Source of the DNA: Eledone cirrhosa
Lineage: Eukaryota
Direction of reading: 5' to 3'
Assembly (NCBI GenBank): GCA_964016885.1
Contig: OZ024754.1
Span: forward strand, 4,154,001-4,218,000
DNA length: 64,000 nt
The notes beneath the pieces were generated by a model. That model was given only the letters and a program-made list of their open reading frames with translations, did no database searches and had not been told where the DNA came from. This document shows, piece after piece, positions 14,494 to 27,105 of this stretch. Position 1 is the first letter of the stretch. Each line of letters opens with the position of its first letter. The translations under genes were made by a program, and so were the position numbers.

Positions 14494-14706
14494 AAGAAGG
14501 GAGTGTGGTAAGGAACGAGATGGATCATAACGCACAAGAGTACTCGATACTTAGCGTAGTAGAGTGGGTAATAGGAACAGAGTCAGGACCCCGACTGTAC
14601 CCCTTGATAAGTTCAGGTGGATCACTACCGTCCTAACACTACTAGTTTAGTTCGGATCTAGCTGTCGAAACGGCCGCAGCTCGGCCGTCGTGTCCTGACT
14701 CTTTTC
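14494..14706. mobile_element. PLE-type end, family A: minus-strand tail arm joined to plus-strand HHR arm
   Basis: 14494-14595 is the reverse complement of the family A tail; 14596-14706 is a forward, complete HHR ending ...gactcttttc(AT)n. Confidence 0.8.
14599..14694 (+). ncRNA. Type I hammerhead ribozyme, U3-A8 core variant (family A)
   Basis: acccc TTGATAA gttcaggtggatc...ggatctagctgtc GAA ACGGCCG cagct CGGCCGT C gtgtc. Other family copies have ggggt after GTC, which pairs with acccc. Confidence 0.65.
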
Positions 14707-14720
14707 ATATATATAAATAT

Positions 14721-15068
14721 ATATTGTTATACTTTGGGAGGGTCATGTTGCCAATAAGAAACACACGCACCAGTTGCTTTCTTCAATTATTATAAACTAA
14801 GGAATTTATAAATTTCCGGTTGGGTGGTTGGCTCCACAACCAGATGATTGTTTATATATTGTCAAAGTTCTTTCGTCACACATTCTGTGACCTCTTCAGT
14901 GACTGGGGATTCTTTTCTTTGTTTTTGTGCCTCTCCTTTGTTCTGTCCTACACCATCTTGTTTTTCTTGTGTGTTTCTTATTGGCAACATGACCCTCCCA
15001 AAGTATAACAATATCGGTTTCAACACACGTTTTCAGATAAAGAATCTTGCTAAACAAATTCAGAAACG

Positions 15069-15070
<2 letters not shown>
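14721..15070. mobile_element. PLE-type end, family E, head-to-head with 46-bp overlap and 56-nt tail
   Basis: Perfect 46-bp inverted repeat 14721-14766 / 14969-15014, tail 15015-15070, TA flanks, internal HHR. Confidence 0.7.
14861..14903 (-). ncRNA. Type I hammerhead ribozyme (family E)
   Basis: Minus strand: gtca CTGAAGA g gtcaca gaatg tgtgac GAA AG aa CT T tgac. Stem I 4 bp, stem II 6 bp, minimal stem III, triplet CUU. Confidence 0.8.
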
Positions 15071-15107
<37 letters not shown>

Positions 15108-15516
15108 TATGTAGACGATTATATTCCTATATAAATGCAAACCAGCTTGACGGAATAAACAAATTAATATATAACATCGATTAAAATTTACAATTATTTG
15201 TAAAGTTTTAATACACAATTCAAAGTTTCGCATGAATTTACACTTGCAATTTTATATCTGATTTTCGAATGGCTTCTTCAATATTGTTTAAAAATCTTCA
15301 AAATATAGTAGCCATTTTGGGAAGGGGAATGCTTCCCATTCTTATCTTCATTAGTAGCTTTTCCCTATTTTGTTTTAATCCACTTTCTCATACCTAATTT
15401 AGTGTTTATTACAAAGTATTCCTTATCACACAATTTCATATAATCTGATATTCCAGGTCTTTCTATTATACATTTGATATATATGCATATATATTATATA
15501 TATGTATATGTATATA

Positions 15517-15589
<73 letters not shown>

Positions 15590-15590
15590 C

Positions 15591-15653
<63 letters not shown>

Positions 15654-15893
15654 ACACTTCCATTGTTCTGACGTTCAATTACAAATAGTAGCTTAGAATG
15701 CTTACAATGTAGAAACCTGTTGAAACATATTTCAACAGAGATACATGCTTTCTTTTCAACATCATTAAAAATATCACCAAATCTATACTACCTGTGCAGG
15801 TAAATTAGGAATTCTAATTAATATGTACACTTTGTCTCTAATATAATTATGTTTACATAAATATATATACATATTTACGTATATACACACATA

Positions 15894-15956
<63 letters not shown>

Positions 15957-15958
<2 letters not shown>

Positions 15959-16045
15959 CAAAGGAATTGTGGTAAGGAACCAGATGCGTCCAGAAATAGC
16001 CGTCGAAACGGCTTGCACTCTGCCGTCGGGGTCATACTTTTTCCT
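15957..16045. mobile_element. PLE-type end, family A, non-overlapping inversion
   Basis: 15957-15986 is the reverse complement of the last 30 nt of the family A tail; 15988-16045 is the forward HHR 3' half ending ttttcct(AT)n. Confidence 0.8.
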
Positions 16046-16259
16046 ATATATATATATATATGGGGGGGCGTGTGTATGTGTGTATGTGTGTTTGTGTGTG
16101 TGTGTGTGTATCTATATGCGTGAATACGTATATATATTTATGTTAACAGAATTATATTAGCAACACTGTACATATTAATTAGAATATATGCATCTATATA
16201 TCTAAAAGCATATATACATATATATACACATATATGCATATATATATATATAGAGAGAG

Positions 16260-16303
<44 letters not shown>

Positions 16304-16734
16304 ATACTCATACACAACTCAGACACAGAGATACATACACATAGAGACGTGTTTGTCTCCATTTTCATATATACGTAGTGGGTGTATACAGCTATTGTTT
16401 CAAATGTGAAGGAGAATTACATGGTGTGCAATTACCATTTATATCTAGCAGTCTTTTAAACATAACAGATTACACTAATAAACTTGACCTCCAGGTCACT
16501 ACAAGATAGCTACCCAAAGTGAGATGCTACAACGGCTTTCCTCAATTCTAAATTGAAATAATTGAATAATCGAATATCTAAATACATTATGAAATAAATA
16601 AATCATGATTTCGTTATATATTTAGTAATTTAATTAGTAAATATATTTATGTGGATTATATTGCTCTTAGGAACGAAGTATATATCTGAAGTAAGTTTTA
16701 CATAGGAATTAGTACCAATGCTTTCATAATAATT

Positions 16735-16908
16735 GTTTCTACTTTTGGCACAAGGCCAGCAATTACGCAGTACGTTACTGGTACTTTATTTTAACGACCC
16801 CGTAAGGATGAAAGACAAAGTTAACCTCGGCGGGATTTGAACTCTGAATGACAAGGGCCATAACTCAATGCTGCAAAGCATGGCGTCCGACCCTATACCG
16901 ATAATGCC
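16735..16908 (-). mobile_element. tRNA-derived SINE (type 1)
   Basis: Reverse complement matches 20283-20458 and 56412-56615; B-box gagttcaaatccc. Confidence 0.85.
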
Positions 16909-17583
16909 TTTATAATAATTCACAATGTTCTTGCTTTTGGTATGTTTTTATTCATATTTCGGTAACATTTACAGTATGGTGTTCCTACAATTATGGGGGT
17001 TGGGGCATATAGACTCTTCCTATGATTGCACCGCATTTATTTGTATAGGACACTGTGGAGTTTATACGGTTCTAAGTACTTCATTAATGACCGTGTCATT
17101 CCAGTCTTGGACAATATGCTTTGCGGCATTAGTTATTCATTTTCTTTACATTTTGAGTTAAAATCTCAATGATGTCAATTTGTCTTTCGTCCTCCAAGTA
17201 CTGTACCAGTCAAATAAATATACTAATATAATCAACTAATCCCTCCCTCTCAAATTCCTGGCCTTCCTAAATTATTCACATGTTCCATTCGAATAGGAAA
17301 TTTCTTTTAAATAAAAAAAGAATTCTATTGGTATCATTTGTAAAGGAGATTAGCGTCAGTGCTAATTTGAAAAAGATTCTGTTGAGAAATGGCTCCGTAG
17401 TTTATGTTCGGATTAATGCTAAGACATCACCAGCCTCTTATGAAAGGTTATTTTTTTATGGACATTATTTTCTCATTTTATTTCTCATATATATTTTAAC
17501 TTAAACATAGTAGTGATTGCAAATATATATGTATGGGTCGGTGTGTGTATACAAATATATATGTATAATGAGTGTGTGTGTGT

Positions 17584-17651
<68 letters not shown>

Positions 17652-17705
17652 CATGTGTGTGTGTCAACTCGCACGTCCCTTCAATCTATCTTATTTCTCA
17701 TTCTT

Positions 17706-17741
17706 TCTTCTGATGAAGGACTAGCGTCCGAAACGTTAAGA
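17706..17741 (+). ncRNA. Minimal type I hammerhead ribozyme in PLE-type insert (~17665-17830)
   Basis: tctt CTGATGA a GGAC tagc GTCC GAA ACGT T aaga. Stem III is reduced to the palindrome AACGTT, the dimer-type form typical of PLE HHRs. Confidence 0.85.
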
Positions 17742-17874
17742 CCCTCTTCCTGCTATTTCAAGCGTTAACCTAATATAATCCTTCCATATACTGTACCGAT
17801 TGTGTTGTTATTTCTGTTTTCCTTTTACATACATTCATATGTGTGTGTGGGGGGGGGGGTGCGTGTGCGTGTGC

Positions 17875-17917
<43 letters not shown>

Positions 17918-20282
17918 GAATGGTATATACAATACTGTCAAGTTCAGGCATTGGCCGGTTCTATTAACAATTTAAGTAAAGTTAAAGAATGTGAATCAGG
18001 AATGTTCCAATACTCCGAAAGAATGTTTAATACTAAATTATTTATTAGTGGTTCATTTTGCTAATAATGGCGTATGTTGTTGGTATTACAATAGCATATG
18101 TCTTTAATATCACAAGACCATATGCCTTTATAGTTGAGCAACAAAGATATTGTGGATATTATGCATTTTCCAAATGCATTGGAAGCGAAAATTATTAGAC
18201 GTGGCTTAGGCTGGAATCGAAAACCACATTGTCTACACATCTCATGGAATCTAAAACGGTTGCAAATGATTTACAAATAATTATCGAAAAAATTATCTTT
18301 TTCTGTATAGAAATTTTAAAAAAAAAAACATATTTGTTAAGAAACTATGTCGAAAAAACAAACAAATAGAAAAGATTTAAATAGAGAAAATAATTTTGAG
18401 CAAGTTCTAGAATCCATTCGTTTGAAAAATTATCTGAGCTCTAGTGGAAAGAATTCTAAGTTTAATGGAGCTGATCGAATAGAAAATATGCTTTCAATTC
18501 TTTTGAAGAAAACTCATAGAAAATGGAAACACAAATGCTTTTCTACGAAATTTGAAGTTTAAAGCTTTTCAAACGTTAAAGTGTTGTGGGGTTTTGATTT
18601 GATTTATTTTTCACTTATGTTTCTCTCTAGTTCTTTTGAGGATGGGGTATGGGGGACAGGAGGGGCTGTTTCATGTAAAGGTGGAGGTTGGGCTGTACGG
18701 GGGGGTGGTAGGACATTCAATCCTAATCACCAACAGCTGCCTTCCTATCAATTGTCCAGAACAACGAGTAGGGTCTATGTAAAAATCCATCAAAGTACGT
18801 TCAGAGAAAATAAAGTGAAATACAATAAAATAAAACAGAATGAATTAAAATAAAATAGAAAACAATTTTGGCCCGATCACCAGAAAATGACATTTGAATA
18901 TAGATTTTGTGTTGCTTTTTGTTGTTGTTCCTGTTGTTGTTGTTGTTGTTATTATTATTATTATTATTATTATTTTGCATAGGAATGGTTAAGAAGTAGT
19001 AGATGAATGAAAGAATGGATGGATGAACGAAAGAAAGAAAAGAAAATAATGGAGGGAAGCAAACAAATAAAATCATAAATAAACTGGAAATGAAAAGAAA
19101 AGAAAAGAAGAAGAAATATTTTTAACAATCAAACAGCTAAATCTGAATTAGACGCTAGAAAAAGCAGCATCAGAACAATTGGGACAGAAAATACCAAAAA
19201 ATCGACCAAGAAACGTTCCGCTTTCAAATGAGGCAATATGAAATTGGAATAAATAGATTGAATTTTCGAAGATGAGGCTAACTAATTGAAAAAGAAGATG
19301 AAAACGAAAACAAATATTACAAGAAAGAAAGAAATAATGAAAAAATAAAAAAATAAATATAAGTGGATAGCGCAAAGAAAGCAAAGACAAGATAAAGAAG
19401 AAAGAAAGTGTGGTGGGGTGTGGAGGGAAGAGGGTGTGGGGGAGTGAGAAAGAAAGAGAGAAAGTGAGAAATTGATAGAGAAAAAAGGAGAAATGGGGGT
19501 TGGGGACTGGGAACTGGAGAAAATGAAAGTAGAAGATTAAACTTTGGTTAGACGTTGAGGCCGAACAATATGATGTTGAAGATGGAGAAGGTGGATGAGG
19601 AGGAAAGAAGAAGTAGTGGAGAACGAAGAAAAACATGAACAAAATCAACAGCAACAATACAACAACAACAACAACAGGAAGGAGGCGGAGAAAGGATAGG
19701 AAGGAAACAACGAAGAAAGAAAACATGGATGAAGACAACTATTTGAATTAATATTATTGTAAGAGAAGAAAAAAGTGAAGAGAGACGAACATCTATGTTG
19801 GCAATCTGAAATCTCCATTGAAATTCCAAACCAAGCTTTCATTTTTTTTCCACCCTAAAATTCAGAATTTCTGTTGTTGTAGTTCTTCTTATTCATCACC
19901 ATATTTATTATTTTTATTATTATTTGGGTAGCTGTTGTGGTTGTCGTTTTGTTGTCTTTTGTTTTTGATTCTTATTTTTATTGTAGTAGCGATGTTATCT
20001 ATTATATTGAGGATGGTGACGTAACAAATAGTATAAGACCTACCGCAGTAATTATATAGTATACTACAGTGTATACAACCAGAGATCCGAGTTCAATATC
20101 TACCAGTGAGCAACTATACACTTGCCTCTTCTCACTACATGCCCTGACATGTAATGACATGTAAGTTAACATTTTGTTCGGAAATAAATTAGTCTGTACA
20201 TATACATATAAGTCGCTCACTCATCCTCGCTATATATGAAAGTGTGAGTGGAGTGAGTGCGTTGATACACAATCACGTGTAT

Positions 20283-20458
20283 TGGCAGTATCGGTAGAAA
20301 GTCGGACGCCATGCTTTGCAGCATAGAGTTACAGCCCTTTATGGTCTGAGTTAAAATCCCGCCGAGGTTAACTTTGCCTTTCATCCTTACGGGGTCGATA
20401 AAATAAAGTACCAGTAATGTACTGGGATAATTGCTGGCCTTGTGCCAAAAGTAGAAAC
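20283..20458 (+). mobile_element. tRNA-derived SINE (type 1)
   Basis: tggcagtatcggtag (A-box-like)...gagttaaaatccc (B-box-like)...ggccttgtgccaaaagtagaaac; several close copies in the window. Confidence 0.85.
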
Positions 20459-20614
20459 AGTTATATATAATGTGTGTATCAACACACACACTCCATCAGA
20501 ATCTTACATCAGAGATGACTGAGTTGCGTTACGTTCAGTGATTTTCCTACTATTTCATCGTGGTTAACTATACGGAATGATCAATTCTATACATTGGTAA
20601 ACCCCCAACTTCAA

Positions 20615-20709
<95 letters not shown>

Positions 20710-21105
20710 GCGGCGTGTGAGCTTGCTTCTGCTTTTACTGTAAAACCCTACCTAGTCTTGTCTTCCATATTCCGTAGCAAAAAGCATTCAATTATTCCTC
20801 CTCGGAAATACAATGGACTAAAATTCCTTCAAAGCCCCAAACTTAGACCTACATATAAATATTATATTTAAATACTCAGAGTAGTTTCAAGTGTCGAAAA
20901 CGCACATATATTAATACAATACCACAAGTCACCTGATTGGGTAGAGAATACATTTGAGAATACAGAACGGGAATAAATACAAACACTGATAATATAAAAC
21001 AGCATTGGTTAAACACACTCATAGCTACTGCAGAGACATAGTACACTCTAGTTATTACTTTTAATAGCTCTATTAGAGCTAATACGTTAAACACTGAATA
21101 GAAGC

Positions 21106-21221
21106 ATTGGCCTTCTTCAATTTGCGCAATCCATTGCAGACGCCATTTTAGTTTTAGAAATGTTGGAAACTTGCGTCATTCTATCATTCTGACTTGAACA
21201 AGCGCAATCCGTTCATATTGG
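21106..21221. promoter_or_regulatory. Candidate promoter/enhancer motif cluster
   Basis: ATTGG at 21106 and 21217, TTGCGCAA at 21122 (C/EBP-type), CGCCATTTT at 21141 (YY1-type), TGCGTCA at 21172 (CRE-like), in repeat-poor DNA. Motif matches only. Confidence 0.25.
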
Positions 21222-21669
21222 CTGTTTTTTCTTTTACCCTTATCTCTATTTTACTATTTCTTTAATTTCGTATTTCTCCGTTTAACTATCCTCCCCCATT
21301 CTCTAGTTTTCTTTCTCTCTCTATCTTGCTTTGCTATTGATTTTACTTCATTTTTTTTTCTACGTATATATTTTTTGTTTGTTTTCGGAATCATCATTCG
21401 TTAAATAAGAGAAGCCTCTTTTTGTAATGAATTTTCTGGAAATCTTTACAAATCGAACGTGATAAGGAATTAGTACAAACACGAAGTGTATACCTGTATT
21501 ATCTCAATTATATTAAATAATTTCATTATTTTTATGGGATTTTCAACATTTTTAAATTCTAATTCACTTTCCTTGTTGTCGAATTTTACTTATCTTTTTT
21601 CTATAGTTCTGGGCGGAAAGAATGTGTATGTATGGCTTCTACAAATAGTTTTTCTCTTTTCATTTATTT

Positions 21670-21704
<35 letters not shown>

Positions 21705-21755
21705 CACGTATAAATATAAATATATATATATATATGTGTATATATATATGTATAA

Positions 21756-21815
<60 letters not shown>

Positions 21816-21883
21816 GTATAAATATATATAAATATATATATATATATACACACGTATAAATATATATAAATATATATATATAT

Positions 21884-21954
<71 letters not shown>

Positions 21955-22604
21955 CATATGCTTACATATATGTATATATATATATGTGTGTGAATGCTTA
22001 TACGTACATATATTTATTTATCTCCTTGTATGGTATGTTATTTTGCATTTTGTTCATTACGATATTTCCTATATCTTCCGACATAGATAGCTTCTACATA
22101 ATTTATTAAATGGGATTATTAGATCAGTGTTTAGAAAACATATGACAGCTGGTTATAGATTAAGATATGCTAGGTTAGAAACAAAATATAGGCTTGAAAA
22201 TTGCTTCACAAATTATATTCATTTTATATACATATATATATATAATTTTTTTTTTTACTCTTTCTTACGTAGTATGTATATGTTTTATATTTTATTTTTC
22301 TATAGTTATTTGCAGAAGGTAAAGAAAAAGTCTAACTGACAAATATAACAATAGTTTTACTGATCTGTTTAGTTTTTAAATACTGCAGGGAATTTAGAAA
22401 AGAACGAGGAGAATATAAGAACGTAAATTAACCAAATTAGCTAGCATTGCCGTAAAGTAGGGAGGTAAAATAGCGAGGAATTTTGCCGACACGGTTTCAA
22501 TTCTTAGCTAGAACTATTTATTGCAACTAAGAATATATTTTTTTCTGAAATATATTATTGTATTCTGCTTTCTGGAGTAGCTGACGTCGTTATATATATA
22601 TATA

Positions 22605-22904
<300 letters not shown>

Positions 22905-23371
22905 GAATAGAGGTGTAACACACGAGTTGTGATATATATCGGCTTTATTTTCTAAACGACTGACATCAAACACGAAAGAATGAAACTAAGAGAGACAGTG
23001 AAATATACAGATAGAGGAACAGAGAGAGAGAGAGAGAGAGGGTAGAGAGAGAGTGAGAGAGGCACAGAGAGAGAGAGAGAGAGAGGGGGGGGGGGGAGAG
23101 AGATTAGCATAGAAAGATAGCAGGCAAAGAGGTGTAGAACGCAGTGAGTGACAAAAAAAATATTGAAGTCCACGTATGTTCATATAACCTGATAATAAAT
23201 TTACAAACGCTGTGGTAAATGTAAACTTCGTTATAATTTCACTAACATTAAGCTAATAATTCTTTCAGCTAAACCTACACTGCACTTATGTTATAATTCT
23301 CTATATATATATTCTATATCTATATATATATATGGGAGCGGTAATCAGACCCATCGGATATAGATATATAT

Positions 23372-23533
23372 AACAAAGAAGGTGTGGTAAGATACCAGGT
23401 GGACCATAACGCACTAGTGTACTCGATACTTAGGATAGTAGAATGAGTAATAGGAAAAGAATCAGGACCCCGACGGCTGAGCTCCGACTGTTTCCACAGC
23501 TAGATCCGTCGAATCAGGCGAAGTTCAGCCATC
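23372..23533 (-). mobile_element. PLE-type end, family A, decayed hairpin
   Basis: Matches 14494-14595 plus the HHR 3' half; short decayed opposite arm at 23508-23533. Confidence 0.7.
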
Positions 23534-23594
23534 ATTTATATATATTTCCTATATATATATTTCCTATATATATATATATAGGAAATATATATAA

Positions 23595-23658
23595 CAGAAG
23601 ATCCCGTTAAGGGTGAAAGCACCGATTCTCTGCTTAAACTTTGATATGTTATTTTAAT
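23595..23658 (+). mobile_element. Family C fragment with CAGAAGA-core hammerhead
   Basis: CAGAAGA t-ccc-gttaa-ggg-t GAA AGCA ccgattctc TGCT T aaactt...gttattttaat; the stem I 5' strand is truncated. Confidence 0.65.
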
Positions 23659-23821
23659 ATATATATACATACATATATATATATATATAAATTAAGGATA
23701 CTATTTATAGTTATGTATATTTTTAACTATAAACAGGGAAGGTCAGTAATTTATTACCAGTAAGATAAATAGCTCAATATAAGAATATCAGTTGTTCTAC
23801 AGAGCAGTTATATAGAAGCAG

Positions 23822-23873
<52 letters not shown>

Positions 23874-23876
23874 CAG

Positions 23877-23920
<44 letters not shown>

Positions 23921-24095
23921 AATACAATATCGGAGAAAGCTTTTTAACGATACTCCGGCCAAATTCCAACTCACTCAACAAACATTAGGAAATAAGTGAT
24001 TATATTCCCAACTATGTGTTCGGGGTGCTAACTAAAAGTATTGCGTGGAAAATTGGCTGTATTATTTCAAATGAGACATATCTAATATATCTCTT

Positions 24096-24185
24096 CCCAG
24101 ACGGACGTCTCGTTTCATTATAGGACTCCTACAATTTGGGTGTAATTATACCAGTTTATGTAGGAGCTTGTATACCATCAATAGA
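24096..24185 (-). ncRNA. Decayed type I hammerhead in TA-embedded insert (~23917-24490)
   Basis: Minus strand: tcta TTGATGG [long stem II, ctcctaca/tgtaggag] GAA ACG agacgtc CGT C tggg; palindromic GACGTC in loop III. Confidence 0.55.
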
Positions 24186-24484
24186 TATATATTCAAGTGG
24201 GCTTCTATAATTCATCAGTGGGTGCCCCAATAATACTAATATTGATAATCCAACCAACATCAGCATTTAGCGATAATCACTTTCTGTGCCTGAGGTATCT
24301 GTCAGGTAGCCAGTCCAGCAGTTCTGAAAGAAGTGCTCGAACTGATTCAAAAAATGAGGAAGTAAATTACCGCCACAAAAAACAATACATGCGCGTGACA
24401 ATGAACTCTGAAAGGAATTCAGGCCACGTGCTAAGAACTCAATTGGAAATTGAAAAAATATCTATGTGTGTACAACATTTGATG

Positions 24485-24526
<42 letters not shown>

Positions 24527-25421
24527 TTATATAGCGAGAAATTGCTCAGTTAGAATTATAACATAAGTGCAGTGTAGGTTTAGCTGAAAGAATTATTAGC
24601 TTAATGTTAGTGAAATTATAACGAAGTTTACATTTATCACAGCGTTTGTAAATTTATTATCAGGTTATATGAAAATACGTGGACTTCAGTATTTTTTTTG
24701 TCACTCACTGCGCTCTACACCTCTTTGCCTGCTATCTTTCTATGCTAATCTCTCTCTTCTCTCACTCTCTCACTCTCTCTCTATCCCCCTCTCTCTCTCT
24801 CTCTGTGCCTCTATCTGTATATTTCACTGTCTCTCTTAGTTTCATTCTTTCGTGTTTGATGTCAGTCGTTTAGAAAATAAAGCCGATACATTAAACATAA
24901 AGTAAATGTCATTTAAAATGGAAATAGTATGAATGCTGTAATAAACTGTCCATAATTTTCAGCAATATAGTAAAGGGGAAGGGTGGAGGTGAGTGAGGTA
25001 TTTGATCAAGGCGACATGCTATATCGATATTTATCGATCAGATAAATATTACTTTCACTGTCATTAATGTTTCACTGATTCTTTGCACATTTCTTTGTTC
25101 TCTTTTCTTGTTTTGTTTCGTTGTTCGTTTTTTGTTTTACTTCTTTTGTATGTGCTGTTGTTGTAGTTGTAGCTGTTGTTAGTTTACTTCTTGTTGTTTG
25201 TTCGGTTTATTATTTATATTTTGATTTCAAATCTGTCTGTTTGTCCCTACATTCTTCCTCTAATAAAGGCATATATAAATATACAATCAGAAAAATGAAA
25301 TCAAGAAAATAGATTCTAAGTAACGATTAATTCTTTTCATTAGATCCCCTGCTTACCAAAACTACGCCTTAAATTCAGCAATGTTAAGGGAAAAATTCAT
25401 CAGAGATTGTTTGTGTGTGCA

Positions 25422-25506
<85 letters not shown>

Positions 25507-25774
25507 TATATATATATTTATTTATATGTTATATATATACATATATATATATATATACATATATGTATATATGTATATATTTATATGTTTTATATATATA
25601 CATATATGTATATATGTAGATATTTATATGTTATATATATATATATACATATCTATATATATGCTATGTATATGCATATATATATACATGTTATATACAG
25701 ACACATACACACACATATATATATATTTATATATATATATATATGAGAGAGAGTGTTGAATATATATATGTATT

Positions 25775-25954
25775 TAAGATTAGAATGTTTGACGAAATAG
25801 ATGAGAGTCTAGCGCATGTGGCCCCTGGGTGTAAGATGCCTACTCAAAAATATTATAAGGACTGGAGGCACACCAAGTTGCCACATTCGTATGTTTGTAA
25901 ACGTTTACAAAGTTTGATTTTAAACATACGAAGAAGTGATAAGACCATAAGCCA
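25775..25954 (+). pseudogene. Fossil of R4/Dong-type RLE non-LTR retrotransposon ORF (zinc-knuckle region)
   Basis: IRMFDEIDESLAHVAPGCKMPTQKYYKDWRH resembles the CxxC..ET..H...GC..LA...Y..RH motif that precedes the RLE domain; first cysteines are lost. Confidence 0.65.
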
Positions 25955-26507
25955 GAACGAGGACTTTAAAACACCCAGGACGTTTCAAATGGATTCATAT
26001 AATAACAGAAGGGTTGGAGACAACAACAGACCTGAACGAGGACTTTAAAACACCCAGGACGTTTCAAATGGATTCACATAATAACAGAGGGGTTGGAGAC
26101 AGCAACAGACCTGAACGAGGACTTTAAAACACCCAGGACGTTTCAAATGGATTCACATAATAACAGAAGGGTTGGAGACAGCAACAGACCTGAACGAGGA
26201 CTTTAAAACACCCAGGACGTTTCAAATGGATTCACATAATAACAGAAGGGTTGGAGACAGCAACAGACCTGAACGAGGACTTTAAAACACCCAGGACGTT
26301 TCAAATGGATTCACATAATAACAGAAGGGTTGGAGACAGCAACAGACCTGAACGAGGACTTTAAAACACCCAGGACGTTTCAAATGGATTCACATAATAA
26401 AAGAAGGGTTGGAGACAGCAACAGACCTGAACGAGGACTTTAAAACACCCAGGACGTTTCAAATGGATTCACATAATAACAGAGGGGTTGGAGACAGCAA
26501 CAGACCT
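25955..26507 (+). repeat. Minisatellite, 7 x 79 bp, nearly identical units
   Basis: Unit gaacgaggac...aacagacct starts at 25955, 26034, 26113, 26192, 26271, 26350 and 26429; no spacers. Confidence 0.97.
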
Positions 26508-26974
26508 GCCTCAAATGATACTGCTATTCTTAATGATCCGCTGCTTGGCGCGTCTCCCTTACCATCATCCGGTGAAACGCCTTCTCCATTCTGTCCGCCG
26601 GGTCTGTAGGGAGGCCATCAATATGATTACTTAACTCTTTCTGTACCTTATAGTACCAATGCCATACAAATCTCTTCAGTGGTCATATTCCATGATCACT
26701 TAACTACAACAAAAACTATATATGCTACAAATAAACTGCTTGTTTTACACTTAATTACACCAAAAACTGTTTATGATACAAAAACAGCCATAATGTTCTC
26801 TTAAGCTATAAAATTCCTGGAATAGATCATTTCACCAGAATACCAGAACCTGACTAAGAAACTAGCAGTTCTTTTCTCCTCATTGTGGCCATTGTTGACA
26901 TTGAAAGGAAGATGGGAGAGAAGTGTGGTCTAAAGGAAATACCTCTCGGTAAAGTTATATAAAAGAACGATCGA

Positions 26975-27105
26975 CCTGTGTACTGGTCTGGTATTAAATC
27001 TATCGATCCCAAAAGGATAAAAAGGAAAGTTGACCTCGGACGACTTGAACCTACAGAGTTGGAACAGATACCATGGACTATTCTGTGACATTCTAACGAC
27101 TTTCA
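26975..27105 (-). mobile_element. Degenerate SINE (type 1)
   Basis: tatcgatcccaaaaggataaaaaggaaagttgacctcgg aligns to the type 1 SINE body. Confidence 0.6.

Larger units (their letters stand above)
22937..24888. repeat. Inverted duplication, arms 22937-23300 and 24552-24888
   Basis: Arms are reverse complements with a few substitutions and a differing (GA)n tract; ORFs 22952..23173(-) and 24679..24873(+) translate nearly identically. Confidence 0.9.

Noticed and set aside
25955-26507. CRISPR-like regular array
   Set aside because: Units are contiguous and nearly identical with no unique spacers; eukaryotic context, no cas genes.
26621-26690. Minus-strand CTGAAGA...GAAA with partial stem I
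   Set aside because: Stems II and III and the cleavage triplet cannot be assigned.
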